A DNA stretch of 64,000 nt, from contig OZ210885.1 of NCBI GenBank assembly GCA_964658305.1, positions 6,324,001 to 6,388,000 of the forward strand, read 5' to 3'. Shown here one piece after another: positions 39,734 to 51,823 of the stretch. This DNA is from Leptogorgia sarmentosa. Its lineage: Eukaryota. The notes under the pieces are model-generated. The model was not told the origin of the DNA. It worked only from the letters and a program-made list of their open reading frames with translations, and made no database searches. The translations under genes were made by a program, and so were the position numbers. The stretch's first letter is position 1; every line of letters starts with the position of its first letter.

Positions 39734-40038
39734 TGTTACCACCGTTGGCAGCGTATGTAAACACAGTAAATTCACACGATAAACAACGTAAAATTCAATT
39801 AATTTACTCCAAATTAGCTTCAAATTTTGTCACTTTAGTAACACTTCACAATTGTATCATCTCATATTAATCATTCTAGTACGTTAAAATCGGTTTGTCC
39901 ACCACAGTTCAAACAAAAATATAATTTCTAACTAAATATCCAATTCGCTACAAGATGGCGGTGTATTTATTCTTTCTAAAGTCACGTGAGTAGGTCGGAA
40001 ATGAATATTAAATAACAGGAAGTAAAACGGTAGTTACA
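39734..40038 (-). repeat. 3' LTR of the BEL element
   Basis: Identical to 45257-45561 except for one C/T. Confidence 0.96.
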
Positions 40039-40119
40039 CCGACCCCTAAATTAGATTGCAGTCAGCAAACTATTTACTAACAAATATAAACTACCGTCCT
40101 AAATACTCATAAACACCAA

Positions 40120-43100
40120 TCAATCCAATTCCAAAAGACATAACTTGTTAACAGGACGTGTCAGAATGGTAGAGGTATCTTTATATTCACCCTTTCTTTG
40201 TCGCTTCGCTTTAGTAGCTACTGTTGAGCTTGTTTTCACTCTTACAGTACGAACAAACCCATCTCGACTCGGCAGAACCTCCGTGACCAATCCAAGAGGC
40301 CACTGTCCTCTGGGGAAGGTTTCGTCAGCCAAAAGGACCAAGTTTCCTACTTCCATGTTTCTTTTTGGTGAAGCCCATTTCTTCCTTTCTAACATCGTTG
40401 GTAAATATTCCTTCATCCATCTACGCCAAAGAGGTCTGCCAAGTACTGAGCTTGTCTCCACGAACGTTTGGAATTAAGGTCTTTTTTGCTAAATAATCCA
40501 GGAGGTAGCGCTGTGGTTGGTCGTAGGTGCAATAAATGATTAGGAGTTAGCGGTTCATCATCAAACGAACTGTCACTATTTCGTGTTAGCGGTCTGGAAT
40601 TCAAAATATTCGCCACTTCCGCCATAACTGTGAGGAGAATTTCATCTGAAACAATCTGTTCCTTCAAAATAGCGCCTAGCACTTGTCGCACAGATCTAAT
40701 CATCCGTTCCCAAACGCCACCCATGTGGCTCGCCGAGAGAGGATTAAAGATCCATTCAATCTTCCTTTGGATGCAGAATTGGCCAATCTTACTCTGATTC
40801 CATTGTTCCATAATTTGATTCAGCTCTTTATTTCCACGTACAAAGTTTGTAGCACGGTCACTCCTAAGGAGCTCCGGGCATCCGCGAATGCAAATAAATC
40901 TTCGCAGAGCATTTATCATCGAATCTGTGTCTAACGAGTGCGCTATTTCTATGTGAATAGCTCGTGTTGTCAAACAAGTAAATATACAGCCATATCGCTT
41001 GACGCGTGATCTTCTCTGTTTCACTTGCAGAGGCCCAAAATAATCGACGCCAACATAGGTGAATGCTGGTTTATCTGGGGTAAGCCGTTCTTGCGGTACC
41101 TCGCCATGAGCTGCTCTGATAATCTTGCCTTTCTTCATTGACAGCTTATGCATCTCTTAATCACTCTTCTGACCGCTGATCTTCCCTTGATTATCCAAAA
41201 TTCTTGTCACAAAGACGAAAGAACGGACTCTTGGCCCATATGACCCATGAATCTATGATGGTGCCGAGTAATCATATCGGTAATATGGTGTTTATAAGGC
41301 AGGATGATAGGATGTTTCAACTTATCGTCAACCTGGGCGTTGACTAATCTTCCTCCGACTCGTAATAAACCGTCCTTAATCAACGGATTTAGTTGATGGA
41401 TGGATGATCCTGACTTTCTAAGAGTTCTCTTTGTCGCACCCCTGGACACATAAAGGCCAGTATGTGATAGGATTTCCAACACATCGGGAAAGGCGATAGA
41501 CTGAACGCGTTTAAGAATATCACGTTCCGCTGCATTCAGGTCACTCAGGGTCAAGTCTCCAAACCTTTCCTTTGTGATTTCGTTTGATGTAAACTTGTTC
41601 TCTTTCTTTACAGCTACCTTAAGTCGAAGGTAGTTCTTATACCGCAACCACCAGGCGACTGCACGTTTCAATCTCCACCAATCCGAATAGAACGAAATCA
41701 ATTCATCCAAACCGTTACAACTCACAGTAGCTGAATAAATTTGGACTTCCTTTCTGACTTCAGGATCGTTGTCCTTTAAGATCGGAATCTCTTTCATTCG
41801 AGGCCATAAATTCTGGTCTCCCTTAAGAAATTCAGGACCCTTTAACCAACGATCATTCTTGAGCATGTCGTTTAATTTTAATCCTTTCGAACCGTCATCA
41901 GCAGGATTGTTGTCTCGATCGACGTAGTTCCATTCCGAGGGATTGGATCCATTATGAATTATAGTCAAGCGGTTCGATTCAAATGTGTAAAACCTTTTCG
42001 TTTGATTGTAAATACACTTTAATACCGACATTGAATCAGTCCAATAACAGGCTCTTCGTATCTCAACATCCAACTCTTCGCAAATGATTGTAGATAGTCT
42101 TACAGAGAGAACCGCAGCGGTTAACTCTAACCGTGGAATGGTTATTTCGCGTAGCGGAGCCAATCTTGCTTTGCCCATCACAAAGGCGATGTGAACATTG
42201 CCAATCGAATCTTTCAAACGAAGGTATGCCACTGCTGCGTATCCGACTCGCGAGGCGTCCGAGAATAAATGCAACTGGATCTCCACAATTTCCTGAAAAT
42301 CCAGTGGTTTGAAACAGCGATCGACCTTAATCGATTCTAGCTTTGGAATATCTTCGAACCAGCGTTTCCATTGTGCGTTCTCGCTTTCATCTTCTACTTC
42401 ATCCATAGAAATAACCACAATATCAATCAATTGACTTCTTACCACTGTTGATCCAGTCATACCCGATAACGTAAAGTCAAGATTCTCACCAGTCGCACCA
42501 AGTTTCTTCATTAACTGTTCATGGCAAAGAGTCACTTCAGAACCACTGTCTAATAGAGCATAAGTCTTGACTGGTGGCTGAGTTGTCCCCTTGACTCGAA
42601 TCTTGACTGGAATGACACTGAGACACACCTTCTCACCGACCCCAGTTGCCGCACTTGACTGAAGCTTTTCCCTTTCGCTCACTCCTTCCTTCGGATCAGG
42701 CTCTGTGTTCGTACTCTTTGACACTTGACATTTACTGTTCCTATTGTTATAGAAATGAACAGGGGGATGCATCAATGTGTTATGTTCTTGGTTGCATCCT
42801 TCCTTCTGGCATTTAAATTGTGTCTTTGGACATACTCTTGCATAATGACCACTGCTCAGGCACTTGAAACAAAGGTTGTTATCTTGGACAAATTTCCTTT
42901 TATCCCGATATGATAATTCTTTAAATTTGTCACATCTCCAAACTCTGTGTTGACTCGAACACATAGGACACTTGGGTTGACCAGCTGCATAACCATCCTT
43001 ATCCCCACTTCCGGTGGCTAGCGTGGAATAGCGTGCATAACGTCTTCGGGAATCCTTGTTTTTTACAGTATCATTCTTGTCCTTGAATACTGTGGCAAGA

Positions 43101-45009
43101 TCTTCCCCGAATTCATTATTCACAAGTGTCGCCCTTCGTTTGACAAACTGAAGAAAATCTTTAAACTTCGGTCTTGATCCCAACTCAATCATTTCTCCAG
43201 CTTTCTCCGTCCATTTTATTCTCATAAACATTGGTAACTTCCGATTCAATGATTTCAATGTGTTGACATGATTTAATTCTTCAACGTACTCGGGACCCAT
43301 GCCTGCTAACGTTCTATCCGCAACTTCAAGTTGTCTGGCAAACTCTAACAAATTTTTTCCATCAGCTTGTTTCAAAGGGTTTAAATTCTCCAATTTCTTA
43401 AGATGTGCCTGTGCAATAATATGCGGTCTCCCAAAGCTCTCACGCAATGTCTCTTTAGCGATTCGGTAACCTTCACCTACAGGTAGATTGACACAGCTTT
43501 CTACTGCTTCTCGTGCTTGACCAGTACAATCCTGGATCAAAAGCTGTAGTCGTCTGGAACTATCAGGATTATCCTTCTCTAAGCATGTCTCAAAGTTATG
43601 AATGAATGAAACATAGTTTATTGGATCCCCATCAAAATGCATATACTTAATTTTGGGAGTCGAGACAACTTGACGCAACGCTTGCGCCACTTCTTCACCT
43701 GTGCTCAACTCTCGTGATACCGCTTGGTGTTGATGACCCACATGTAACGGAGGAGCTTGTGAAATTCCAGACCAAGGCATATTATTTCCTTCTGGCGGCC
43801 AATAACTCGCATCGTCAACACGCAGCGGTGATAGTCTATCCTGCTGATTAATTGTGCTGAAAGCTTCTGATTGTAAACGTCCACCTTCCCGAGATAATTC
43901 TGGACGTTCTGAGGATCTCTTTGTCATTATATCTCCATACGGGTCCTGAGTAAAGCCAGTGTTTAATCCTGTACTAGTCTTCAGGTCCTGTGAATTTCGC
44001 CAAGGTCTAGGAAACATATTTACGCGAGTTGCACCTGCTCTTAACTGTGGTACATAAGCCCCAGTACTCAAGCAATGATCTTTATAAGGTTTGTTCATAT
44101 AGCCGCTTATGTTTGCCCTTGATTGTGCTGGTCCTGTTGATTCACCTATCTGGCCACTGTTCACGTCTGTAGGTAAGATCAGGTCAGCAGCCTCATCAAG
44201 TTGATTTTCCGTCAGCTGCCATTCTGGTTCAAATTGCTGAAATCGCACCTTACTTCCCTCGCACTGATCAATGTTCTGCAGATCTTGGTCTTCACAACCT
44301 TGTTCATACATCAGACTTACTGCTGCACGCTCCTCCTCCATTTGTGCTTCCAACAAATCCTTCTCATATTTTAACTCTGCCATCTTTCGGTCTAACTCGT
44401 GTTGCTTTTTCAATTGCCTTTGCTTTAGCTGAGCCTGAACTACCCTCTCAGCCTTTACTGATACAGACGATACAGTTCCACTTGAACGAAGTGTTCCAGA
44501 ATTGTTACTACGTTTAGTTTTATGTGATACACGACTTCTTTCTTCAATTTCCGTTTATCCACTCTGTGAACTATACACCATTGGTCAAATTCCCCATCAA
44601 AACACAATTTCCGCACCTTTTGTCTTTCGTAACTAAGAAGCGCCTTTTCCTTCTCTTCTTTCGAGAGAATATTTTCAAAATATTGTTCATGAGCATTGAT
44701 AAATTTTTTCCAAGCTTTATCATACTTATCTTTTCTTGACAAAACATCATCATATGGGCCATCCGCACACATAACAGCTTCAATACCTCCTTGAATTCTT
44801 GTCAAGTTACTTATATGTCCTGCTCGAGATTTAAACAATGAATGCGTTTTCTCAGCCATGTCTTCTTCATATTCCCTCCTTGTCTTCGGAATTCTCTGCC
44901 TCAGCCTTCTTCTCGGATCGGCCATAACACCAGTCTCAGACACTGTCTCTCTTCGAGTCTCATTGTTCAAATCTTCTTTATTGGATATTAAACAAGAATG
45001 TGCAGACAT
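40120..45009 (-). pseudogene. BEL gag-protease-(RT deleted)-RNase H-integrase polyprotein
   Basis: Three Cys/His knuckles, ALLDSGS protease, LHLFSDAS RNase H, VGVDYFGP / SDRATNF / GGVWERMI integrase. Stop at 41207 and several frameshifts. Confidence 0.93.
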
Positions 45010-45256
45010 TTTGTTTTCTTTTATAATTCAATATGCAATATGCATCAACATTTCAATTGTTAATTAATACTTCAGCATTCAAATCACTTTGTCACAAAGT
45101 TCAAATTAAATAATAATGACGGATTCCAAATAAATGTTGATAACTTACACAAACCATAACACTTGGCTGCTCACAATCAACCAATCCAATTCGTCCTTTA
45201 CAAGAACGTAAATAGTCCACTTTAACCAACAAAGTCGAACGGAAACCGATTTTAAC

Positions 45257-45561
45257 TGTTACCACCGTTGGCAGCGTATGTAAACACAGTAAATTCACAC
45301 GATAAACAACGTAAAATTCAATTAATTTACTCCAAATTAGCTTCAAATTTTGTCACTTTAGTAACACTTCACAATTGTATCATCTCATATTAATCATTCT
45401 AGTACGTTAAAATCGGTTTGTCCACCACAGTTCAAACAAAAATATAATTTCTAACTAAATATCCAATTCGCTACAAGATGGCGGTGTATTTATTCTTTCT
45501 AAAGTCATGTGAGTAGGTCGGAAATGAATATTAAATAACAGGAAGTAAAACGGTAGTTACA
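45257..45561 (-). repeat. 5' LTR of the BEL element
   Basis: Identical to 39734-40038 except for one C/T; TATA-like TATATTT near 45446-45440 on the minus strand. Confidence 0.96.
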
Positions 45562-45849
45562 CCACCATTGGCTGCAGCAGAATAAGCCAACCATGGATAA
45601 CGCTTTAGCCATCCATACTGAAAACGTCTACCAGAGGAGTTGTCCGGGGGAAAATTGTAAGTGGATTCAGGTTTCCAAATGTTTGTTAAACGAGGAATTT
45701 GCGTGAAAAAAGAGGAATTTGCGTGAAAATATATTAATTGCGAATATTTCGACACAAACTATTAATATTTATATACCAGCCATATTTGGAAAAATATGAC
45801 CATATCTTCAGATACGCTCGATACCCCCTGGATCCGCCCCTGAGTACTG

Positions 45850-47055
45850 CTGTTGATGAACTTGATGATTTGCCTGATGATTTTACGATGGGTGCTAACA
45901 GTGATGAGCATGTATCACATTATGCAAATGATGAGTCTCTAAAAGATCTACTGTCAAACTGGGCAAGCACTCATCTTCAGCAAGGGGAGCAAATACGAAT
46001 GAAAGTTTGTCAGAAATTTGTTTGGCAAGATGTTCTTTTGAAACTTGACAGACTTGAAGAAGGCAGTCATAACAAATCCATTAAAGTACAATTTGTTGGG
46101 GAACGATCTGTAGACCAATGAGGGGGGGGGGGGGAATGAGAACTTTTTACTCTTGTTAATCAACATGTTGAAATGACCCTTGTGGCAAATGAAGTCTTTC
46201 GACATAATGTTCCAGCATTAGAAAAGAAAGAATTCTTACGATTCAGGCAGCTCACAGCATTGGGACTATTACAAGGTTCCCCTGGAGCTAAATTTTTTTG
46301 TCCTAGTGTGATAAATTATATCCTTTATGGAACATTAGAGAAATGCACACCAACCATTGATGAAATACCATGTGGGGAAATTAAAAGTTCTATGGAAAAC
46401 CTTGCAAGACTCACTGATGAAGAAGCTTTTAAAGAGCAGGCCTCATTCCAGTGCAGTTTTAGATTTGATGCTGGGTATTCAAAGCCATTTGTAACTATCA
46501 CAGAAAGATGAGTTTTTCAGATGTATTGCATTGCACCATGTAGTTCTAGTGAGTCTTACTGAGCTAGAGCAGTTTATAAGTGGTCTTAAAAATTGTAATG
46601 TCTTAGAGATTATTCGTACCAATCCAGATGCATTTAGAATACTGTTTGAGCCTTCACATCAGCTTATAGCTGAAATAGTAGATGACGTTTGACCCGGTAT
46701 TCAGTCCTGTTGTTAGTACAGCATTTGTAAAGGAGCAGGCTGTTATGTTTAATTTTAACCAGTTACTTGAAGGCATAGAGCATGGTAAAGTTAGTGTTGA
46801 TGTTGATGACCAGAATTTCACTTTCAGCCTTGGTGATATTTTGCAGTTTGTTACAGGTTCTAGAGATGTTCCTGCAATAGGTTTTATACCACAACCCAGT
46901 ATTATATTTCTCCATGGAGATAATGCTAATGCAAAGTTGTCAGCAAACACTTGTGCAAACATTTTGAGATTCCCTGTTAGTGAAAAATTGCTTATATATC
47001 CTGATTTTAAAGAAGACATTTGTATTGTAAACTCTCCTGGTTTGGTAATCCATAA
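45850..47055 (+). pseudogene. G2E3-like HECT E3 ligase domain, frameshifted
   Basis: VQFVGE..VDQ*GG, LLQGSPG, DILQFVTGS..VPAIGF, ANTCANILRFP (catalytic Cys motif). Confidence 0.8.
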
Positions 47056-47329
47056 CTACGGGATAAGATCATTATTGTTATATACGTTTTGTTTTACATA
47101 GTTGTTAGTGTTATTTCATATGGGATGATAAAAAAATAATGCCATATCCCTTTAATCTCACAATGTAGCAATACATTTACATGCAAGACATTGTATATAC
47201 TTATATTGTTTCTTGTTAATGTTGATTTATATTAGATATTACATTTATATTGTTTTGGGAACTTTTTGTCATACTTATTGTCATTGTATTCATTGGCATT
47301 GGTTGTTAATAATATTTAAGGTTGCCCTT

Positions 47330-48439
47330 CCGCAGCTCTCGTTAATACCCGGTATAAATTGAGACAGTCTCTCCAAGTAGTAGAACGAGCAATGTGATTT
47401 GGTAGAGTACTGCTTATTTCGTTGAAATATTGAAAATATATATTCCGATTTTCGTCAAAACAAGTTGCTGCTTCATATGAAATAGGTCTTCAGCTGTAAC
47501 TTCATCTTTATAATCAGCAATGTTAAAACTTTCAGGAAGAAAAACATTTCATCAGGAATGCCAGCTTGTGTGTGATGGCATGATCTAATGTAGTGCATGT
47601 TCCATCTGTCTCGTACATTGTCGAGTTCACTTTGAATTAATTTTTGAAAGGTGAAATATATGCACTGCTTTTGTATTGATTAGTGATTGACAACCCATAG
47701 CGGCGAGCCTTTTCTCTGGATTCCATGAACACTGAATTCCTGTCAAGATTGTCTGTTCGGCACAATTTTGGACATTCATCGATCGTTTTAACTACTTATA
47801 GATAATATTGCGCTATAAAATTTGGATTATTATTTGTTGTACCAACTTTCAACCATATCACTCGTCTACTGTAACCGTCAATACAACCATGTATGGGAAA
47901 TCCGTAATGTTTAAGCTTGTCATAGCCATCGCGTGCCATGAAAAATTCGGACCTTCACTGAAAAAATGCTCAACGTCTCAAATAGCGTTGCCTCCTCTCC
48001 TCTGACCCTTCGGGATCAATTTTGCGAACTAGTCTCTGCACTAGAGATCTTGGGTGCGATATTTAGTACGAATAGTTTGCCAAATCAGTGTGTATCCTAC
48101 GGAATTACCTGCGCCATCCATCTCGGTTTCAATTTGTCTTCTCACCTCCAATTCATCAATATTCCTGTTCTTCTTTCGAGCCTGTATTCATTAAGCCGAT
48201 TTAGCAGTGTCAGATAAGAAATGTCAATATCGTGAAATTTAGATAAAAAAAATCATTATTGAATTGTACCGGAAACCTCTTTCAAAGTAGAATCGAATTG
48301 CTTCTTCTTCATTCAAATTGTTTCTAATAGATGGTGCAATGCCTGGAATGCTATTGACAGTAATTCTCTCACTACAACAGGTACAAAAGTTAAAATGTTC
48401 CTCAAAATGTTCTCCACAATTATCGCAAATCATAATCAT
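47330..48439 (-). pseudogene. Integrase-core (IS3EU/IS481-like) transposase, heavily degraded
   Basis: AIRFYFERGFRY, GPNFSWH, DGYDKLKHYGFPIHGCIDGYSRRVIWLKV..NN.P. Confidence 0.75.
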
Positions 48440-49718
48440 GTGCTAAATCTTTTAATTGTGCAGTACTGCCGGTATCAAATTCACGCAATACATAAAATAT
48501 AGACCACATGCCCAATGTGTATGATCCCGGGCACTTAGCCTACCTTGTGTTTTGAGAATTTGTTAGTGTTTTCAATCTTTGGGGTTGTGTTTTGAGAATT
48601 TGTTAGTGTTTTGCACTTGTGGGCTACCGTAATATATAGAAAAAATTCCTATTACATTTTCTCAGGACAAGTAAGTGAGAACTTGATGAACTTTCATGAA
48701 TTTGATCAACCGAGCAGAAAATTATATTTACACATATGACAACACCCAGTGTAAACAAGGTCAGAAGACTGGCACTAGAAACTGACAGGAATGTTCAGTG
48801 GCAACAAAAACAGGATTTTGTAAAGTTCTTTCTAGGACTACGCTTCACATCAAATAAAAAACTATATATTTACTCTTCGGTTACATGAATTTTTATTACC
48901 ATGATTATTTACCAAAAGTCAATGTAATACTTGTCATATTTTTTAGTCAGTTTTGACTAAAGAAAGTGCATCTAATGTATTGTCGATATTTCTTCATGCC
49001 CGTTAATGTTTGTCCCCATAAAACGTTATAGATATTCTTATATTTGGTAGATTACATAAGCCAGTACATTCCGCAACAAAAAAACGTTAAAAAATGTTAA
49101 TTTCGTTCCTGAAATTTCAGCTGTTGATGTGCAAAGAAAGCAAAAATGTTTGGAGACGCCCCTATATCCTCCCTGTAATGCACTTGTCAATTGTAACCCC
49201 CACCCCCCCAACCTCGGGATATGGTGGGGGAATGTGGGGGATTTTTCCCGTTTTGAAACATTTTTAAGCCCGTATTGGTGGTGGTTTTTCTCGTTATGGT
49301 TCCCCGACCTCAAAAACGGCCGAGTAACCCAAAAAAGCGCCTGGGCACGAGCTCGCAATTTATGGAATTATGCATAAATTATGCATTGAGTTATGCATAA
49401 ATTATGCATTGAATATGATGCTCTTTTAGTCTTTTTATACTGTTCTCATTTCGGACTATACAGTTCCCAAATTTTGTCGTAACAAAATCAACGTTTTTAT
49501 AGACCATCCTTTTTTTAAAGTATTTTTTTCCACATTATACCATTATAAAAGGTAAGAACACAATGTGTCTGTGGAATTTTTTGCACTTTAACATTGAAAT
49601 ACTGTCAAATTTGTTTGGGTCATGACCTCTTAATTTTAATATTTGCATTCATGTAATCTTTTATAAATACTCGCAACAGTGCGTCATCATCACGAGGGAA
49701 ACTATAATTGAAATATTC

Positions 49719-51823
49719 ATGAAACCTATGAAGGTATGGTCTTCGGACCGGACGCAGAAAAAATTCCTGGCTGCAAATACACTCTCTGATGTGCTTTCCA
49801 AAGGTAAGACCTACAATCTTGGACAAAACTAGTTGAGACCTGGTATAATAATCATGCCTGATTTTCGGGTAACCCCTCTCCCCCGGTTTGAGAGCTTATT
49901 GTTGCCACTCACTTTCAGCGGCCCTGCCCCTGAAACCATAAATACATTTTTGTATGTTCTGTAGGTTCACAGAAACTTGGTATAGACAATCCAGAAAGAG
50001 TGGTACTGGAGGAAGATGGGACAGAGGTGGATGAAGATGTTTTTGAGTTCCTAGAGAATGGAACAACGTTAATGATTTTGTGTACAGGGGAGGAATGGGC
50101 AAAACATGTTGAAGGTATATCTTTTAATATATGTACAGTACCATATGTATATATATATTGCAACATTAATATAAAAATACCACGAATTAAAGCAAAATAT
50201 AATATATATAGCCTAAATGATTATTTAAATTTTCGGTTGCATGCCACAACCTTCGTATATATTTGTTTACATTATGCTTTTGTAATGTGTCTAAAATTAA
50301 TTGTTTTTTACTGTCATTATGCAATGGTGGTGTTCCTAAAGTGTTACATCAATTTATTATATAAGTTGATCAATTCATTTGCTCAAAAATTGCTCAACTT
50401 CCTGTTATTAGCGTACTTGTTCCCAATTGGTCAATCAGTCACTGAAATGAAATGCCATTGGTAACCAAAGGCATTTCATTTCAGTGACTGATTGACCAAT
50501 GTTCACACACAGAAGAAGTTGATCAATTTTCAATGAATGAATTGATAAATTTTAGATATTTAGGAACACTTCCATTGCAACAACAGTGAAGATATTTATA
50601 AATCAGCTTTGCAATGATGTTTTGTTTATTATTTTTGGTTTTTTAGAGATATGCATAACACCCTTGTTCATTTGTAAAATGAAATAATTCACATAAAAAG
50701 TGTTTTGAAACAGTTATTTTAATGTGTACTTGTTATTTCCTTGCATTTTGAAGGAACTGTACCTCCTGCACCTACATCTACAGGAAAGGAGCTCCATCCC
50801 GTGGAAATAATTCCATCCGCTAAAGCTAAACTAAAGTGTACCCAGCGTACATTAACAAGTGATTTATCAAAGCTTGGACCAGCTATTCAGGTACATATAC
50901 AGTACGATATGTTCAGGCATTTGCAAGTATATAATTCAAGTACCAAAGATTTGTACTCAATTCAATAAAAGGATTAACCATTTTGGCAGTGATGGATTCC
51001 CCAGTATTCATTTAGCTGGTAATCTCTGCAAATGAGGTATTTTTTATTTGTTTTCAACGTAATTAAGAGCTGCATTCTCATTATTCTGCATTTCATTGAC
51101 ATACAGATTGATGAGACAGAAATTAATGCTAACCAAATGGAAGTGACAGTTCCTACAATTGAACTCCTGGAACAAAGCAAGATATATCATTCTGAAACGC
51201 TAAATCCTTATCAAAGTGCCATCAATAAAGCAGCTTATGAAATTTGTTCTGAAAATCCAATGTTAATGAAGCAAAAAGGCATTCTACTTGAGGCAGCACG
51301 TAAAAAAGTAAATGCAGATGGCTACCAGTATGCAAAAAAATCATCCCGATCAAAAGTTTTTGGAACATCTGCGCAGGCAGGTTCAAATGCTCCTACAGCA
51401 AAGAAGTGTCGTTTGTCAACAGAGATAAGGAGTAACAGAATCCAAGAATGTCAAGAAGATCTTAAAAACATTGAACTTCAATTAAAATTTGCAGAGCGAG
51501 CCCAAGAAAAATTTGCCAACATACACCAATATCAGTCAGCCATTGGTGCTCTTAAAGAAATCAAAGAAATGAAAGAAAAGAGGCGAGATATACTTACTGA
51601 ATTAGGTAGTCTCCAAAAGAAAGAAGCTAAATCTTTATGTTACAAAAACAAGAGATCTCATAAACAACAGTCATTTACACAAGATACAACTGCCTCGAAT
51701 GGAACAATTGATTCATATTTTCGGGATACAAGTACACCTTCCAATGGCTCGGATACCAGTAACGCAGATGAGTCAAGTGTGGAAAATAGTGAAGCTGATA
51801 ACCCGCCTTTTTTAGAAATATGA
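49719..51823 (+). CDS. ORF1: CIDE-N domain plus basic/coiled-coil protein, 362 aa (exons 49719-49803, 49965-50114, 50754-50890, 51107-51823)
   Basis: MKVWSSDRTQKKFLAANTLSDVLSKG|SQKLGI...VVLEEDGTEVDEDVFEFLENGTTLMILCTGEEW matches the CIDE-N pattern. All GT-AG junctions are in frame. Confidence 0.8.
50305..50595. repeat. Foldback palindrome in intron 2 of ORF1
   Basis: 50426-50500 is a 75-bp palindrome with one mismatch; imperfect arms extend outward. Confidence 0.9.

Larger units (their letters stand above)
39734..45561 (-). mobile_element. BEL/Pao LTR retrotransposon lacking RT
   Basis: 305-bp TGT...ACA LTRs, 5-bp TSD CCACC, purine-rich tract AGGGGTCGG before the 3' LTR. Confidence 0.96.
37660..45700 (-). 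pseudogene. hAT transposase (PRKRIR/THAP12/ZMYM1-like type), split by the BEL insertion and frameshifted
   Basis: RRFQYGWLKRYPWLAYS..NGG|FCVNCVLF is rejoined across the TSD; ALRGHRD, LADEATD, QGYDGA, HCNSH, TSWIAR, SCERSISTLRRLKT. Confidence 0.9.
45843..48631. mobile_element. IS3EU-like DNA transposon, one end retained
   Basis: Terminus reads TACGGTAGCCCACAAGTGCAAAACAC on the minus strand from 48631, with duplicated subterminal TTGTGTTTTGAGAATTTGTTAGTGTTTT. Left end not found. Confidence 0.6.

Noticed and set aside
39734..39823. N-terminus of ORF 38852-39823 (and ORF 45101-45346)
   Set aside because: This is LTR sequence read through by chance; the real hAT N-terminus lies beyond 45566.
45822..45842. 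CAGGGGCGGATCCAGG end as the TIR of the split hAT
   Set aside because: No matching opposite end or TSD was found; it could be a separate MITE remnant.
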